A DNA stretch of 32,000 bases from Planctomycetota bacterium (lineage in GTDB: Bacteria; Planctomycetota; UBA8742; UBA2392). Each line of letters begins with the position of its first letter. The stretch's first letter is position 1. The translations under genes and the position numbers were made by a program. The stretch is taken from the NCBI GenBank assembly GCA_020425515.1, contig JAGQRI010000109.1, forward strand, positions 4,397-36,396. The letters run 5' to 3'. The notes beneath the pieces are model-generated. The model saw only the letters and a list, made by a program, of their open reading frames with translations. It ran no database searches and was not told the DNA's origin. Below, piece after piece: positions 31,607 through 32,000 of the stretch.

Positions 31607-32000
31607 ACGACAGCAGAAACTCAACTGGCTGTACGAGCAGCTTTTCCTGGCGGCTGACCAGGTGCACGGCGCGCTCGGGCGCAATCTGCCGGCCGAGACG
31701 TATCACGAGTGCTTCGCGCACGAACTTGAGCTGATGGGGCGCAAGGTGCAGCGCGACGTGGCGGTGCCGATCCTGTACCGCGACCACAAGGTGGACAGGG
31801 GCGTCGTGATCCCGCTGATCGTGGACGGGCTCGTGGCCGTCAGCGTCTGGAGCATCGAGAAGCTGACCCAGTTCCATGACCAGAACATGCAGTCGATCCT
31901 GCGGGTGTCCGGGCTGCCGCTGGGAATCGTGGTGAACTTCAGCGTGCCCAGCGTGCGCGGCGCGATGCACCGCATCATGAACCCGCAACCGAGAGTGTAG
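31596..32000 (+). CDS. GxxExxY family protein (PD-(D/E)XK-related)
   Basis: Track ORF is 31497..32000. I prefer ATG 31596 (MDPERQQKLNWLYE...), which overlaps the KS 3' end by 11 nt. The signature NLPAETYHECFAHELELMGRKVQRDVAVPILYRDHKV matches the GxxExxY pattern apart from Gly being replaced by Leu. The stop TAG falls exactly at 31998-32000. Confidence 0.75.
   Translation: MDPERQQKLNWLYEQLFLAADQVHGALGRNLPAETYHECFAHELELMGRKVQRDVAVPILYRDHKVDRGVVIPLIVDGLVAVSVWSIEKLTQFHDQNMQSILRVSGLPLGIVVNFSVPSVRGAMHRIMNPQPRV

Noticed and set aside
30023-31684. 553-aa minus-strand ORF opposite the ACP and ketosynthase genes
   Set aside because: The plus frames encode a perfect ACP DSxD motif and a KS Cys-His-His triad. 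The minus ORF is a shadow.

Overview
This is a GC-rich bacterial chromosomal segment with strong GC3 bias in the real frames. The protein styles (an acidic HTH-TM protein, a GxxExxY gene, a giant DsbD-like protein, an ECF/FecR pair) suggest a Planctomycetota/PVC-type genome, but that is unverified. I call 29 protein-coding genes and found no rRNA, tRNA, CRISPR array, transposase or integrase. Bases 1-19.6 kb carry housekeeping and signalling genes. These are a PAS-GAF-GGDEF cyclase (cut by the window edge and missing from the ORF track), translationally coupled to an expanded 1111-aa DsbD-like reductase; an ApgM-family mutase plus hpt; a secreted repeat protein; a tightly packed Bfd-like/EVE/orphan trio; a 2-hydroxyacid dehydrogenase; a tandem-receiver response regulator; an acidic HTH membrane protein; hemC; a Cys/Met PLP enzyme; rpsD; and an ECF sigma with a FecR-type anti-sigma. 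Bases 19.6-32.0 kb hold the most interesting part, an aryl-polyene-like type II FAS/PKS lipid cluster. It has 2 ACPs, 2 ketosynthases, a ketoreductase, a hot-dog dehydratase, an MMPL exporter and a lipoprotein, and it runs off the right edge. It carries three non-canonical parts: an acyltransferase fused to a C45/Ntn-hydrolase-like domain plus TPR, a CrtI/RetSat-like flavoenzyme, and an embedded GxxExxY gene. It also has structured intercistronic spacers. All functional calls come from reading motifs in the translations, since no database search was possible. Many long ORFs in the track are antisense shadow ORFs typical of high-GC DNA and were rejected.
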